A stretch of 30,706 nucleotides of DNA from Thermoproteota archaeon (GCA_037917625.1 JAVCBY010000027.1:1-30706), one strand, 5' to 3'; counted from the stretch's first letter, positions 17,840-27,689 are shown. Notes: generated from the sequence alone by a model not told the origin. Translations and numbers: made by a program.

Positions 17840-18229
17840 TTATGGCTGCTCCAGCCTCTCCATGATGTAGAGCATGCTCTCAACGGAGAAATATATGCTC
17901 TCGAGTATTGACTCCTTGGATAGATGGCATTCATCGAGGTCATGCTCTATTAGGACTATATTCTCATTGAGCGAGATCTTACAGGGCACCCCTCTATCCA
18001 CGATCTCCCATGAAGCCCTTAAAAGATCGATCGCGCTCCTTAACGTGATGGGGGGGTTAGCAGATGCCATTATGTAAACTAGCTTCCTCTCCTCATCTGC
18101 CATCATATATACGATTACTTCCTTCCCCTCTTCCTCTATTATTAGGGCTAGGGCCCCTTCGTGCTCAGCCACGGAGAGGCCCGCCTCACTCAACAGGGAT
18201 TTGACTTCCTCAAGAAGCAATCCTCTCAC
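17840..18229 (-). CDS. YbjN / type III secretion chaperone-like fold protein
   Basis: Small acidic helix-3 strands-helix-2 strands-helix pattern, apparently paralogous to the upstream gene. Confidence 0.55.
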   Translation of the reverse strand: MRGLLLEEVKSLLSEAGLSVAEHEGALALIIEEEGKEVIVYMMADEERKLVYIMASANPPITLRSAIDLLRASWEIVDRGVPCKISLNENIVLIEHDLDECHLSKESILESIYFSVESMLYIMERLEQP

Positions 18230-18575
18230 CCAACTTTCTGAGAAAAGATAATGTTGCGTAGAAGTTCCTCTTGAAGGATTGTCTGATGCATTTATTCCTC
18301 ACGAATGATGTGACTAAGACCTCCCCATCTTCCCCTAGTTGATAGGATGCGAAGTTCATCTTGAAGTTCTCCTCCAATAACTCCTCAGCTAACCCCTCAT
18401 CAGCGAGGAGAGGGGGATCCGTCCTCCCGACTATGAACGTCATCCCCTCGTCAGAGAGGATAACTAACATGTATGTCACTTCACCTTCCCTGAAGGAAGT
18501 CATTATCGCTCTCTCAACCCTCCTGTAATCGATCCCCTCCTCCTCCAGGATCTCCTCTACTTCATCCAATCCCAT
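18210..18575 (-). CDS. YbjN / type III secretion chaperone-like fold protein
   Basis: LLEENFKMNFASYQLGEDGEV matches the L..N......F..D.DG.V pattern of this fold. Confidence 0.65.
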   Translation of the reverse strand: MGLDEVEEILEEEGIDYRRVERAIMTSFREGEVTYMLVILSDEGMTFIVGRTDPPLLADEGLAEELLEENFKMNFASYQLGEDGEVLVTSFVRNKCIRQSFKRNFYATLSFLRKLGERIAS

Positions 18576-18651
18576 AATTGATCCCTGCGGCTTCGATAGA
18601 AAAAGTTTACCGAAAGCTATATAACGAGAGTTTAGGTATCATAAGGGGGGC

Positions 18652-20103
18652 ATGAGAGTAGCTCTCGTAGTGCCACCGACACGTTCATCGATAGCTGAAG
18701 TATTAGGGGTGAACGGGATACCCCTAGGATTAGCTTACCTCGCTTCCGTAGCTAGAGAGGAGGGGCATGATGTCTCTATATTCGATTTCGCGGCTATGAA
18801 TCTGGATATCGAGTCATCAAAACAAAAGCTGAGGGAATTCGATCCGGATATCGTTGGGATAACATCCACGACTCCAGCGATATATGATGCATATGAGATC
18901 GCTAGAGTTACGAAGGAGATCAATGAGAGCTCAATCGTGATGATAGGAGGGCCTCACGTCACGTTCCTCCCCTCCTATACCTTGAGGAACTGCCCTCACA
19001 TAGATGCCGTAGTGAGGGGTGAGGGAGAGGAGACCTTCAGGGAGACCCTAAGGGCCCTAGAGAGGGAGTTCAGGGTGGATTCATTGAGGGGGATTAGGGA
19101 CATCACTTACAGAGACCCCTCAGGGGAGATTAAGGAGAACGAGCAGAGGCCATTGATAAGGGACCTCGATTCATTACCGATCCCCGCATACGATTTAATA
19201 GAATGGGACCTCTATAGAGTAGGGAAGTTGAGATACGGAGTCATAATGAGCTCCAGAGGATGCCCCTTCAATTGTATCTTCTGCTCATCCTCCTTACAGT
19301 TCGGGAGTAAATGGAGAGCTCACAGCGTGAGGAGAGTAATAGAAGAAATTAGAATACTGAGGGAGGATTTTGGAATAAGGGAGATCGAATTCTTAGATGA
19401 TACCTTCACCCTGAATAGGAAGAGGGCTAGGGAGATATGTGATGAGATCGTCAGAGAGGGCATGGATATCAGTTGGAGCGCCTCCTCTAGAGTTAATACT
19501 CTAGATGGAGAGACCGCAAATTCTATGAGGAGGGCCGGAGCGCATACAGTCTATCTAGGGATAGAGTCCGGAACGCAGAGAGTGCTCGACTTCATAGGTA
19601 AGGGGATAACAGTGAGTCAAGCAGTGGATGCCGTGAAGACAGCATTGAAATCCGGTTTGCAGGTCTTAGGATCCTTCGTCATCGGCTTTCCCATAGAGAG
19701 GAGGGAAGATATAGAGAGGACTGTGAGCTTCGCCAAATCACTGGAGTTGAAGTACGCCCAATTTACAGTAGCCACGCCTTACCCTGGAACTAGGCTTTGG
19801 GATTTCGCTTTGAAGAATAATCTCATAGCCACGCTCAATTGGAGGTTATATACGACTGTAAATGTAGTTATGAGGAGCTTTCACCTCAAGATGAGTCAAA
19901 TCCAGAGGATGCTCTTGAAAGCGTACCTCACATTTTACCTCAGGCCCAGCTATTTCCTCAAGGACCTCTTGGATCCTAGGGGCTCCGTAATAAGGAGGGC
20001 TCTCCCTAGCATTATAAGAGCTATAAGAGGCCTCTTAAGGATGGAGGGGGAAAAATATAACTATGGTGAGAATTTAGATGATCTTTTGAGGGATCTCAGC
20101 TAA
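18652..20103 (+). CDS. Cobalamin-binding radical SAM enzyme (class B type)
   Basis: PLGLAYLAS, GGPHVT, GEGE, SRGCPFNCIFC, DDTF, GIESG and TPYPGT motifs. Confidence 0.92.
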   Translation: MRVALVVPPTRSSIAEVLGVNGIPLGLAYLASVAREEGHDVSIFDFAAMNLDIESSKQKLREFDPDIVGITSTTPAIYDAYEIARVTKEINESSIVMIGGPHVTFLPSYTLRNCPHIDAVVRGEGEETFRETLRALEREFRVDSLRGIRDITYRDPSGEIKENEQRPLIRDLDSLPIPAYDLIEWDLYRVGKLRYGVIMSSRGCPFNCIFCSSSLQFGSKWRAHSVRRVIEEIRILREDFGIREIEFLDDTFTLNRKRAREICDEIVREGMDISWSASSRVNTLDGETANSMRRAGAHTVYLGIESGTQRVLDFIGKGITVSQAVDAVKTALKSGLQVLGSFVIGFPIERREDIERTVSFAKSLELKYAQFTVATPYPGTRLWDFALKNNLIATLNWRLYTTVNVVMRSFHLKMSQIQRMLLKAYLTFYLRPSYFLKDLLDPRGSVIRRALPSIIRAIRGLLRMEGEKYNYGENLDDLLRDLS

Positions 20104-20137
20104 TTGAAAGCTCTACTACCTTCTCTCGATTGGAGAG

Positions 20138-20321
20138 ATTTCATATATAAAGTCATATTGACATTTTTCGCTTTACTCCTTAGTCTATATTTTCATTTTT
20201 CTCTCATTTAAATGTCAATAATACTATAAATTTCATATATAAAGTCATATTGACATTTTTCGCTTTACTCCTTAGTCTATATTTTCATTTTTCTCTCATT
20301 TAAATGTCAATAATACTATAA
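20138..20321. repeat. Perfect tandem duplication 2 x 92 bp, AT-rich, each unit with 11-bp inverted repeat TATTGACATTT...AAATGTCAATA
   Basis: 20138-20229 is identical to 20230-20321. IR arms at 20156-20166 and 20210-20220 in copy 1. Confidence 0.95.
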
Positions 20322-20384
20322 TATGATTAAGTATAAGTAATTTTGATGATAAGCCTTATATTTGATAGTGTGTATGTGCTCATT

Positions 20385-21464
20385 ATGATAACGAGGGAGG
20401 ATATTCCGATAGAGCCCGAAGCTCTCTCAGAGGATATATTCAGGATAGTGAGTCACCCCATAATGCAGGAAGTCTACAGGTTCAGGCATATCATAGCTAG
20501 GGCTATAAGGGATTTCCTCGGTAGGGAGGGCTTCGTCGAGTTCGATCCGATAATGATAGGTCCTGTTACTGATCCTGGCACTAGAGGAGCTTACGAATTC
20601 AGGATCCCCTATTACGGTAAGGAATACAGGATAATGAGGAGCGGGATACTCTACAAGCAACTACTAGCTGCAGCTATGGAGGAGGGGAAGGTATACTTCT
20701 TCTACCCTAACTTGAGGCACGAGCCTTTAGATGCTGGGAGGACGGGAAGGCATCTAGTCGAGTTCGTTCAAGTCGATTTAGAGGTGAGGGATGCCGATCA
20801 CTTGGAGGTCATGAAGATAGCTGAGAGATTGCTAAAGCACGTCATAGATCATTTGAGGGATTATGAGGATCGTCTCAAGAGAGTATGGGAATTTTTCGGA
20901 TCTAAAAGGGCCTCTCTACCTGAAATAAGCCTCCCACTTAGGAGGATGACTCATGAGGAAGCTATAGATATATTGATGGAGCACGCGAGACGCAAGGAAG
21001 TAATAGAGGAGCTCGAGAAAAGGTTTAACGTCAAGAAGCCGGAGAGAAGATTGAGCTATAAGACCGAGATACCTTGGGAGTGGGAATGGTACCTCTCTAA
21101 GATCAATGAGCAGCCTTTCTTCATCCACGATTATCCTAAGGGAGCTAGGGGCTTCTACGATCGCGAATACCCGGATAGGCCTGGGATCTTAATGGACTTC
21201 GATCTACTAGCCGCCGAAGGGCATGGAGAGTTATCATCGGGAGCTGCGAGGGAGTATGATGTATCTAAGGTCTTCGCGAGGATGAGGGAGACCGGTGAGA
21301 ACCCTGAATTATATAAGTGGTACCTCGAGTTCCTCAGGGACCATGGAAGACCGACAGCTGGATTTGGGATAGGGATGGAGAGATTAGTCAAGTACATCTG
21401 CGATCTACCATCAGTTCATCTAGCTAGGCCAGCCCCTAAAGTACCGGGGGTGCACTCACCATGA
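20385..21464 (+). CDS. asnA: Archaeal asparagine synthetase A (AsnRS catalytic-domain paralog lacking the anticodon domain)
   Basis: Class II aaRS motifs: VTDPG, LYKQ, PNLRHE...TGRHLVEFVQVDLE, GELSSGAARE, AGFGIGMERL, PKVPG. No OB-fold N-terminus. Confidence 0.88.
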   Translation: MITREDIPIEPEALSEDIFRIVSHPIMQEVYRFRHIIARAIRDFLGREGFVEFDPIMIGPVTDPGTRGAYEFRIPYYGKEYRIMRSGILYKQLLAAAMEEGKVYFFYPNLRHEPLDAGRTGRHLVEFVQVDLEVRDADHLEVMKIAERLLKHVIDHLRDYEDRLKRVWEFFGSKRASLPEISLPLRRMTHEEAIDILMEHARRKEVIEELEKRFNVKKPERRLSYKTEIPWEWEWYLSKINEQPFFIHDYPKGARGFYDREYPDRPGILMDFDLLAAEGHGELSSGAAREYDVSKVFARMRETGENPELYKWYLEFLRDHGRPTAGFGIGMERLVKYICDLPSVHLARPAPKVPGVHSP

Positions 21465-22819
21465 GCTATCCTATAGAGGAGATATTCAGGAGAGCGAAGC
21501 TCGGGAGTGCTTTTCGCCATCTGGAGGATGAGTTCACCTCAGGGGTCGATGCTCATGATTTTGTGAAATCCTTTCTCGATGATATACTCCTCCTACCCCC
21601 TCTATTCACTCCTCAGAGGTTGGAGAAAGGGATTGAGCTCCTGAGAGAGCCCCTATATATAGATGTCAGTACGGAGGTGGAAGTAGGCGGCTTCAAGTTG
21701 AGGATTCCTGTGATATGCGCTCCTACTGGAGGGGAGATAGCTGATCTCTTAGGTCCGAGGATAGCTGAGGCCTGCGCTGAGATGGGTATCGCTTATTCCC
21801 TAGGTGAGAATATCGCTTCCAAGCGGGGATATGATGTCAGATCGACTGATCAGTTGTCTTTCAAGGAGAGGGCTCTCTCCTACCTAGAGAACCTTAGAGA
21901 TGGATATGGTGGGCTGATAGTACAGCAGGGCGTTGAGGACGAGGATCTGAAGCTCTGGGAGAGGATCTACAGCGATCCCGATTTCGATCCTTACATAGAG
22001 GAGGGGCTCTTAGCTTTCGAGATAAAAGCTGATCAGGGAGAGACGGATTTAGGGAGTTATCTCTCGAGGAAAGAGCTCTCAAGCTCAAATAAATTCATGG
22101 ATGGTCCGAAGAGGGCCTCGAGGGGTGGATATTCTGCTCCCAGGACTTTCACTGAGGATATATTAGCGAGCAGAATAAGGCTCTTGAGGAACAACTTCCC
22201 TAGGGCCAAGGTATTCCTGAGGACTGGGCCTTACCGTGATCTCGATAGAGTGATAGAGATCGCTAGCAGGGAAGGGGTTGATGCGATAACGATAGGAGAG
22301 GGAGCAGGGATGAGCTCTATCACTAGCATGAGGATCCCTATAGTTTGCCTGGCCTCGATATCTAAAGCTAGGGAGAGGGAGATCGAGACCAGCATGATAA
22401 TAGCAGGGGATCTTTATGATGGTTCCCATATCCTGAAATCGATCGCTCTAGGGGCTGATGCCGTCTCCCTAGGAGGGCCCATTACCTACGCTTGCTTGAG
22501 TGGGTCGAAGTTCAGCGGATTCCTGAGGAGGAAGTCCCTCAGGGGGACCCTCAGAGGGCTGAGTGAAAGCCTGCTCAAGGTAGCGATGAAGGGGGAGGGA
22601 TGCAAGAGGGGCGTGATGAACTACTTGGAGAGCATTGAAGTTGAGATAAAGATCCTAGCATCTGCTCTGGGTAAGTATCATGTGAATAAGATTTGTAAAG
22701 AAGATGTGGGTTCTTTAAGTAAGGAGCTAGCGGATCTATTCGGGATAAGGTATATTTACGCCCCAAAGGCCGTCCCAGAGAATTGGGAGATCTACATGCG
22801 ACAGACTGAGAGAAGCTGA
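21461..22819 (+). CDS. Glutamate synthase FMN-binding-domain-like protein, divergent
   Basis: GE N motif, EIK..QG, KSIALGADAV, LGK..V.....D. ATGA-coupled to asnA. Confidence 0.75.
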   Translation: MSYPIEEIFRRAKLGSAFRHLEDEFTSGVDAHDFVKSFLDDILLLPPLFTPQRLEKGIELLREPLYIDVSTEVEVGGFKLRIPVICAPTGGEIADLLGPRIAEACAEMGIAYSLGENIASKRGYDVRSTDQLSFKERALSYLENLRDGYGGLIVQQGVEDEDLKLWERIYSDPDFDPYIEEGLLAFEIKADQGETDLGSYLSRKELSSSNKFMDGPKRASRGGYSAPRTFTEDILASRIRLLRNNFPRAKVFLRTGPYRDLDRVIEIASREGVDAITIGEGAGMSSITSMRIPIVCLASISKAREREIETSMIIAGDLYDGSHILKSIALGADAVSLGGPITYACLSGSKFSGFLRRKSLRGTLRGLSESLLKVAMKGEGCKRGVMNYLESIEVEIKILASALGKYHVNKICKEDVGSLSKELADLFGIRYIYAPKAVPENWEIYMRQTERS

Positions 22820-22902
22820 ATATTAGCGAGCCTCCATCCTCGCGTAATGGACGTGCCTCTATGCAAGTGCATTGATAACTGCAAGTTAACTTTTTATAAT
22901 AG

Positions 22903-24192
22903 ATGGGAGCTGGAGCCTCAGGTGAGTATTGTGAGTTACCGGAGATTCCTCGTTTAAGTTATGACGTCTCCAAGGTAGTTCTAGCATATTCAGGAGGACT
23001 AGATACTACTGTAGCCATAAAGTGGTTCGAGGAACAGGGAGTCGAGGTGATCACTTTCACAGCTGAGCTAGGGCAAGGAGCTGAGCTTGATGAGATAGAG
23101 AGCAGAGCTTATGAAGCTGGATCCTCCAAGCATTACAGCCTCAATCTGATAGATGAGTTCGCTGAGGGTTACGTAGCCCCAGCTATAATGGCTAATGCGT
23201 TGTACGAGGGCGAGTATCCTATTTCAAGCTCCCTATCTAGACCATTGATAGCCTCTAAGCTAGTTGAGATAGCTGAGAGGGAGAAAGCTGATGCTGTAGC
23301 TCATGGTTGCACATCTAAGGGGAACGATCAGATCAGATTCGATGTCACAGTCAGATCCCTAAATCCCGAGCTCAAGGTAATAGCTCCCACTAGGATATGG
23401 AAGTGGACGAGGAAGCAGGAATTGGAATATGCTGCATCCAGGGGTTTGAAGATCCCTGAGAGCCACAAGAAGTACTCTATAGATTCCAACATCTGGGGGA
23501 GGAGTATAGAGGGCGGAGCCATAGAGGAGCCCTGGAATGAGCCCCCGGAGGATGCGTTCGAGTGGACCTCCCCACTTGAGAGGGCCCCGAATGAACCGGA
23601 GTACATAGAGATAGAATTCGATAGCGGTATTCCAGTGGCTTTGAATAATGAGAGGATGAAGCTTAGCGATCTAGTGATGAAGTTGAACTATATAGTTGGG
23701 AAGCACGGCATAGGGAGGATAGATCATATGGAGAGCAGGGTCATCGGGTTCAAGAGCAGGGAAGTTTATGAAGCACCAGCTGCTATCACACTGATAAAAG
23801 CACATAAGGATCTCGAGAAAGCTATTTTGACTAGAAGAGAGCTCTTATTTAAGGAGATAGCTGATAGGGAATGGACTAATCTAGTGTATGAGGGACTCTG
23901 GGGCGAGCCATTGAGGGAGAGCCTCCAGGAGCTGATAAAAGGCATGAATAAGTATGTGAGTGGGGAAGTTAAGCTGAAGTTATTCAAGGGAGCGTTAGCT
24001 GTCGTCGGGAGGAGATCCCCATACATGCTGTATGACCTTAAGATCGCTGGCTACGATGAGGGATGGTACCCCACGGATGAGGAAGCTAGGGGCTTCATCA
24101 ACGTGTGGGGTTTATATTCAGTGACAGCGAGGGCAGTGAGGAGGAATGTACAGGAAGCCTGGGTTGGGGGATCAGAGCGATTGGCTCACTAA
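22903..24192 (+). CDS. argG: Argininosuccinate synthase
   Basis: LAYSGGLDT, HGCTSKGNDQIRF, YSIDSNIWGRSIEGG and KSREVYEAP motifs. Confidence 0.97.
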   Translation: MGAGASGEYCELPEIPRLSYDVSKVVLAYSGGLDTTVAIKWFEEQGVEVITFTAELGQGAELDEIESRAYEAGSSKHYSLNLIDEFAEGYVAPAIMANALYEGEYPISSSLSRPLIASKLVEIAEREKADAVAHGCTSKGNDQIRFDVTVRSLNPELKVIAPTRIWKWTRKQELEYAASRGLKIPESHKKYSIDSNIWGRSIEGGAIEEPWNEPPEDAFEWTSPLERAPNEPEYIEIEFDSGIPVALNNERMKLSDLVMKLNYIVGKHGIGRIDHMESRVIGFKSREVYEAPAAITLIKAHKDLEKAILTRRELLFKEIADREWTNLVYEGLWGEPLRESLQELIKGMNKYVSGEVKLKLFKGALAVVGRRSPYMLYDLKIAGYDEGWYPTDEEARGFINVWGLYSVTARAVRRNVQEAWVGGSERLAH

Positions 24193-25531
24193 GTTCATAT
24201 CATCGATCGATTCTGATAAGAGGATATTCAGGGCCACTGTACTCACAGCTCTAGCGCACCAAATACATCTTTTTGAATCCGGTCTCATCCCAAGGGAAGC
24301 TATATTAACGATCTCATTGCTCTTAGATGCCCTCAATAAAGAGGAGGAGATACTCTCAGGGGGCTTCGAGGACGTTCATGAAGCTCTGGAGAGCTGGATA
24401 ATTGAGAGAGCTGGAGGTCTAGGTGGATGGCTCGCTTATGGGAAGAGCAGGAACGATCAAGTCGCTACAGCCCTCCGTTATGTCACGATAAGGGAGCTAA
24501 TCTCCCTGCTCTGGGAGATCAATAGGATGAGGGATTCTCTGATAGATGCAGCGTTCATGAATCTTGAGAAGAGGATTCCTGCTTTCACGCACTTGCAACC
24601 AGCTCAACCATCTACAGTATCTCACTACTTACTCTCGATAGAGTACGAGCTCTTCCACCATTACAGGACTATTTGGCACGTCATGAGGGAAGTAGTTGAT
24701 CTCTGCCCATTAGGCTCAGGGCCAGCTGCTGGGAGCTCAGTCCCCATAGATAGGGGGAGGTTAGCAGATCTCCTGGGATTCTCGGGTGTTGAGAGCAATA
24801 CTCTTTTAGCTACGGGAAGCAGGTCCTTCGAGACGATACTACTCGGGATAATATCCTCTCTCATGGTCGTCTTGAGTAGAATATGCGAGGACTTGATAAT
24901 ATGGTCGAATCCGAACTTCGGCCTCGTTGAGCTCCCCAATGAGCACGTCTCAACTAGCAGCATAATGCCGCAGAAGAGGAATCCCGTAACTTTGGAAGTG
25001 ATCAGGGCTAAGGCTGGAGAGGTGATGGGGTGCCACTTCGCAGTACTCTCGGTGATGAAGGGGCTCCCCAGTGGGTACAATCTCGACATTCAGGAGACGA
25101 ATGAACCCTTCCTGAGAGCGATCGATACCGCGAGGGAGTCCTTGAAGGTCCTCTCGGATCTCATCAAGAGAGCTAGGTTCAAGGAAAGTGAGGTCGAGAT
25201 AACTCTAGCTCAGTTCGTCGCTGAGGAGCTCGTTAGGAGAAGAGGGATAAGTTATAGGGAGGCTCATTCTATCCTAGCATCTGCTTTGAGGGAGTCTGGA
25301 TGGGATCTGAGGAAGGCTACCCTTTCCCTAGGGCTGGAGCTCCCCAGCTCTCATGAAGTCAAGGTCAGGGGTGGCCCTGATCCGGAGAGCTTGAGGATGG
25401 AGCTGGAGGCGAGGAAAAGACTGCTTAGAGATGATATATCGAGATTAGTGGAATATGAAGCGGAGAAGATGGAAAGTGAGAAGAGGTTGATAGATCTCGC
25501 GAGAAAATTGGCTGGAAAGCTCTCTCAATGA
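24146..25531 (+). CDS. argH: Argininosuccinate lyase
   Basis: EDVH, SRNDQVAT, FTHLQPAQP, SSIMPQKRNP and KGLPSGYNLD motifs. Confidence 0.96.
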   Translation: MYRKPGLGDQSDWLTKFISSIDSDKRIFRATVLTALAHQIHLFESGLIPREAILTISLLLDALNKEEEILSGGFEDVHEALESWIIERAGGLGGWLAYGKSRNDQVATALRYVTIRELISLLWEINRMRDSLIDAAFMNLEKRIPAFTHLQPAQPSTVSHYLLSIEYELFHHYRTIWHVMREVVDLCPLGSGPAAGSSVPIDRGRLADLLGFSGVESNTLLATGSRSFETILLGIISSLMVVLSRICEDLIIWSNPNFGLVELPNEHVSTSSIMPQKRNPVTLEVIRAKAGEVMGCHFAVLSVMKGLPSGYNLDIQETNEPFLRAIDTARESLKVLSDLIKRARFKESEVEITLAQFVAEELVRRRGISYREAHSILASALRESGWDLRKATLSLGLELPSSHEVKVRGGPDPESLRMELEARKRLLRDDISRLVEYEAEKMESEKRLIDLARKLAGKLSQ

Positions 25532-25560
25532 CCCTCTGAATATTTATCATTAGCTGCTCA

Positions 25561-26997
25561 TTGAAGTGGAGGATGCTGAGGGGAGCCAGTAAGTCTAGGA
25601 TAGCCTCCGGTGTTGCTGTAGTATCGATAGCAGCTAGGCCATTCCCTTGCCCTCATGGGAGGTGTATATACTGCCCAGGCGGCGGGGAGACGCCGCAGAG
25701 CTATGTTGAGGGGAGTCCTATCGTGATAAGGGGCTCTAAGCTGAATTACGATCCCTACCTCCAAGTTACCCAGAGGTTGATGGATTTCTCGAGCATAGGG
25801 GTGCATCCCTCTAAAGTGGAGCTCATCATAATGGGGGGCACTTTCAATGCCCAGCCCTTCGATTACCAAGAGTGGTTCGTTAAGAGAGCCTTAGATGCTA
25901 TGAACTCATACATGGGGCCGGAAGTTCGATCTAGGAGCTTGATAGAAGCTCAGGAGTTGAATGAAACTTCATCCGTCAGATGCGTCGCTATGACCTTGGA
26001 GACTAGGCCTGATTGGGCTATGGAGGATCACGTGGATAAAATGTTATATCTAGGGTTCACTAGAGTGGAGCTAGGAGTCCAATCAATTTATGAGGACGTC
26101 CTAGAGAGGGTGAGGAGGGGTCACTCAACTCTAGATACGGTAGTAGCTACGAGGATCCTTAAGGATTCCGCTTATAAGGTGGGTTACCATCTAATGCCTG
26201 GATTACCTGGAAGCGATTTGGATAGGGATTTGGAGGCCCTAAGGACTGTTTTGAGCGATCCATCTTTCAGGCCGGATATGCTGAAGATATATCCCACTCT
26301 AGTGATCCCTGGGACTCCATTATATGATATGTGGAAGAGGGGGGAATATGAAGGGCTCACGGATGAGGAGTTCGAGGAGTTCCTGAGAAAAGCGCTCCCT
26401 ATGATGCCGAGATGGATCAGGCTTCAGCATGTCCAGAGGGATATACCCGGGGATTTCATAGCTGCAGGTCCTAAGAGGAGGAATTTGAGGCAGATAGTGG
26501 AGGAGAAGCTCTTGAAAAGCGGTATCAAGGTGGAGGAAATAAGGTTCAGGGAAGCGGGCAGAGTAGCTCATAAGGGGCTCTCCCCCGATTATTCCTCAAC
26601 TAGAATTGAGGTCATAGAGTATGAGGCTAGTGGGGGGATCGAGTTCTTCCTCTCAGTCATCGATAAGAATGATGTGCTCATCGGGATACTCAGGTTGAGG
26701 ATCCCCTCCCCCCTAGCCCATAGGTGGGAAGTGGATGAGAGGACGAGCCTGATAAGAGAGCTACATGTCTACGGGAGAATGGTGCCAATAGGCGTGAGCC
26801 CCAAGGAGGAAGCTCAGCATAGAGGTTATGGAGCAAGCTTAATGAGGGAAGCTGAGAGAATATCATCGGAGCTCGGAATGAAGAAGATATTAGTTATCTC
26901 CGGGATAGGGGCTAGGGAGTACTTCAGGAGGATGGGATATAAGAAAGTGAAGGGATCCTTTTACATGGGGAAGGACCTCTCTGAAGGATGCTCCTGA
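25561..26997 (+). CDS. elp3: Elp3 tRNA U34 carboxymethyltransferase (radical SAM + GNAT)
   Basis: CPHGRCIYCPGG, GGTF, ETRPD, RELHVYG, QHRGYG and ISGIGAREY motifs. Confidence 0.96.
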   Translation: MKWRMLRGASKSRIASGVAVVSIAARPFPCPHGRCIYCPGGGETPQSYVEGSPIVIRGSKLNYDPYLQVTQRLMDFSSIGVHPSKVELIIMGGTFNAQPFDYQEWFVKRALDAMNSYMGPEVRSRSLIEAQELNETSSVRCVAMTLETRPDWAMEDHVDKMLYLGFTRVELGVQSIYEDVLERVRRGHSTLDTVVATRILKDSAYKVGYHLMPGLPGSDLDRDLEALRTVLSDPSFRPDMLKIYPTLVIPGTPLYDMWKRGEYEGLTDEEFEEFLRKALPMMPRWIRLQHVQRDIPGDFIAAGPKRRNLRQIVEEKLLKSGIKVEEIRFREAGRVAHKGLSPDYSSTRIEVIEYEASGGIEFFLSVIDKNDVLIGILRLRIPSPLAHRWEVDERTSLIRELHVYGRMVPIGVSPKEEAQHRGYGASLMREAERISSELGMKKILVISGIGAREYFRRMGYKKVKGSFYMGKDLSEGCS

Positions 26998-27012
26998 GAT
27001 TCTTAAGTTGAT

Positions 27013-27588
27013 TTAGCTGGCCGATGTCTCCACACCATTCCCATGCTGAGCCTCCACTGAATCTATGAGATCCATCAAATCCTCTATTAAAGTCGGAGGG
27101 AAAACTTTCAGCATCGATGTCCCATAAATTTCTGAGAGCGCATTCTCGAGATCGTCTAAAGCCATATCTAGATCTTCATCCTCCATTTCATATGCCGATG
27201 GATCTATGTAACTACTCCCAAGCACTAAGATCGGTATCACTGCCCAGTTGATTCCTCCAGCGCCGCCTCCGAATCTGCTCGGGATCGGTATTATCCCATT
27301 GGAGGAGTAGGGATTGAAAACGTATATTTCGGAGCTCAAACCTCTCCTCTCCATGAGCTCTACCATCGAAGCTGAGTTCACCGTTATCTCATCTAGGGTC
27401 ATCCTGCTTAGTATGTCCGTCAAGTAATAGAGAACTGGTATTATCACTACTTTAACTCCAGGTAGCACTGGAATTGTCCTTCTTACCCTAGAAGCTATTT
27501 TTGCTGCCTCATCATCACTAACTCCCTTCAATGGGACTTCACTCATCAATACAGGTATGCAGAGCAGATCTATCACTTCGGGTAGCAA
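27013..27588 (-). CDS. Hypothetical acidic protein
   Basis: 191-aa ORF with TTG start preceded by a GGAGGGTGA SD. Confidence 0.75.
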   Translation of the reverse strand: MLPEVIDLLCIPVLMSEVPLKGVSDDEAAKIASRVRRTIPVLPGVKVVIIPVLYYLTDILSRMTLDEITVNSASMVELMERRGLSSEIYVFNPYSSNGIIPIPSRFGGGAGGINWAVIPILVLGSSYIDPSAYEMEDEDLDMALDDLENALSEIYGTSMLKVFPPTLIEDLMDLIDSVEAQHGNGVETSAS

Positions 27589-27689
27589 TTTTTCACCCCT
27601 CCACGATCCCGAGAATTACTCATAAATGTTGCGAATATAAACCTCTACTACAAAATTTTCAGCGGGAAATGGGACGATCTATGCAATCT

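Noticed and set aside
20138-20321. CRISPR array interpretation of the tandem repeat
   Set aside because: The units are 92 bp and fully identical, with no unique spacers.
24146-24192. 47-bp argG/argH overlap as a frameshift or fusion
   Set aside because: Both proteins appear complete, and overlaps of this size occur in compact archaeal operons.
482-26571. Numerous 60-140 aa antisense/alternate-frame ORFs (e.g. 482-880, 5744-6139, 9425-9799, 11761-12141, 24661-25089)
   Set aside because: Ser/Leu/Ile/Pro-rich shadows of well-supported genes on the opposite strand, with no motifs.
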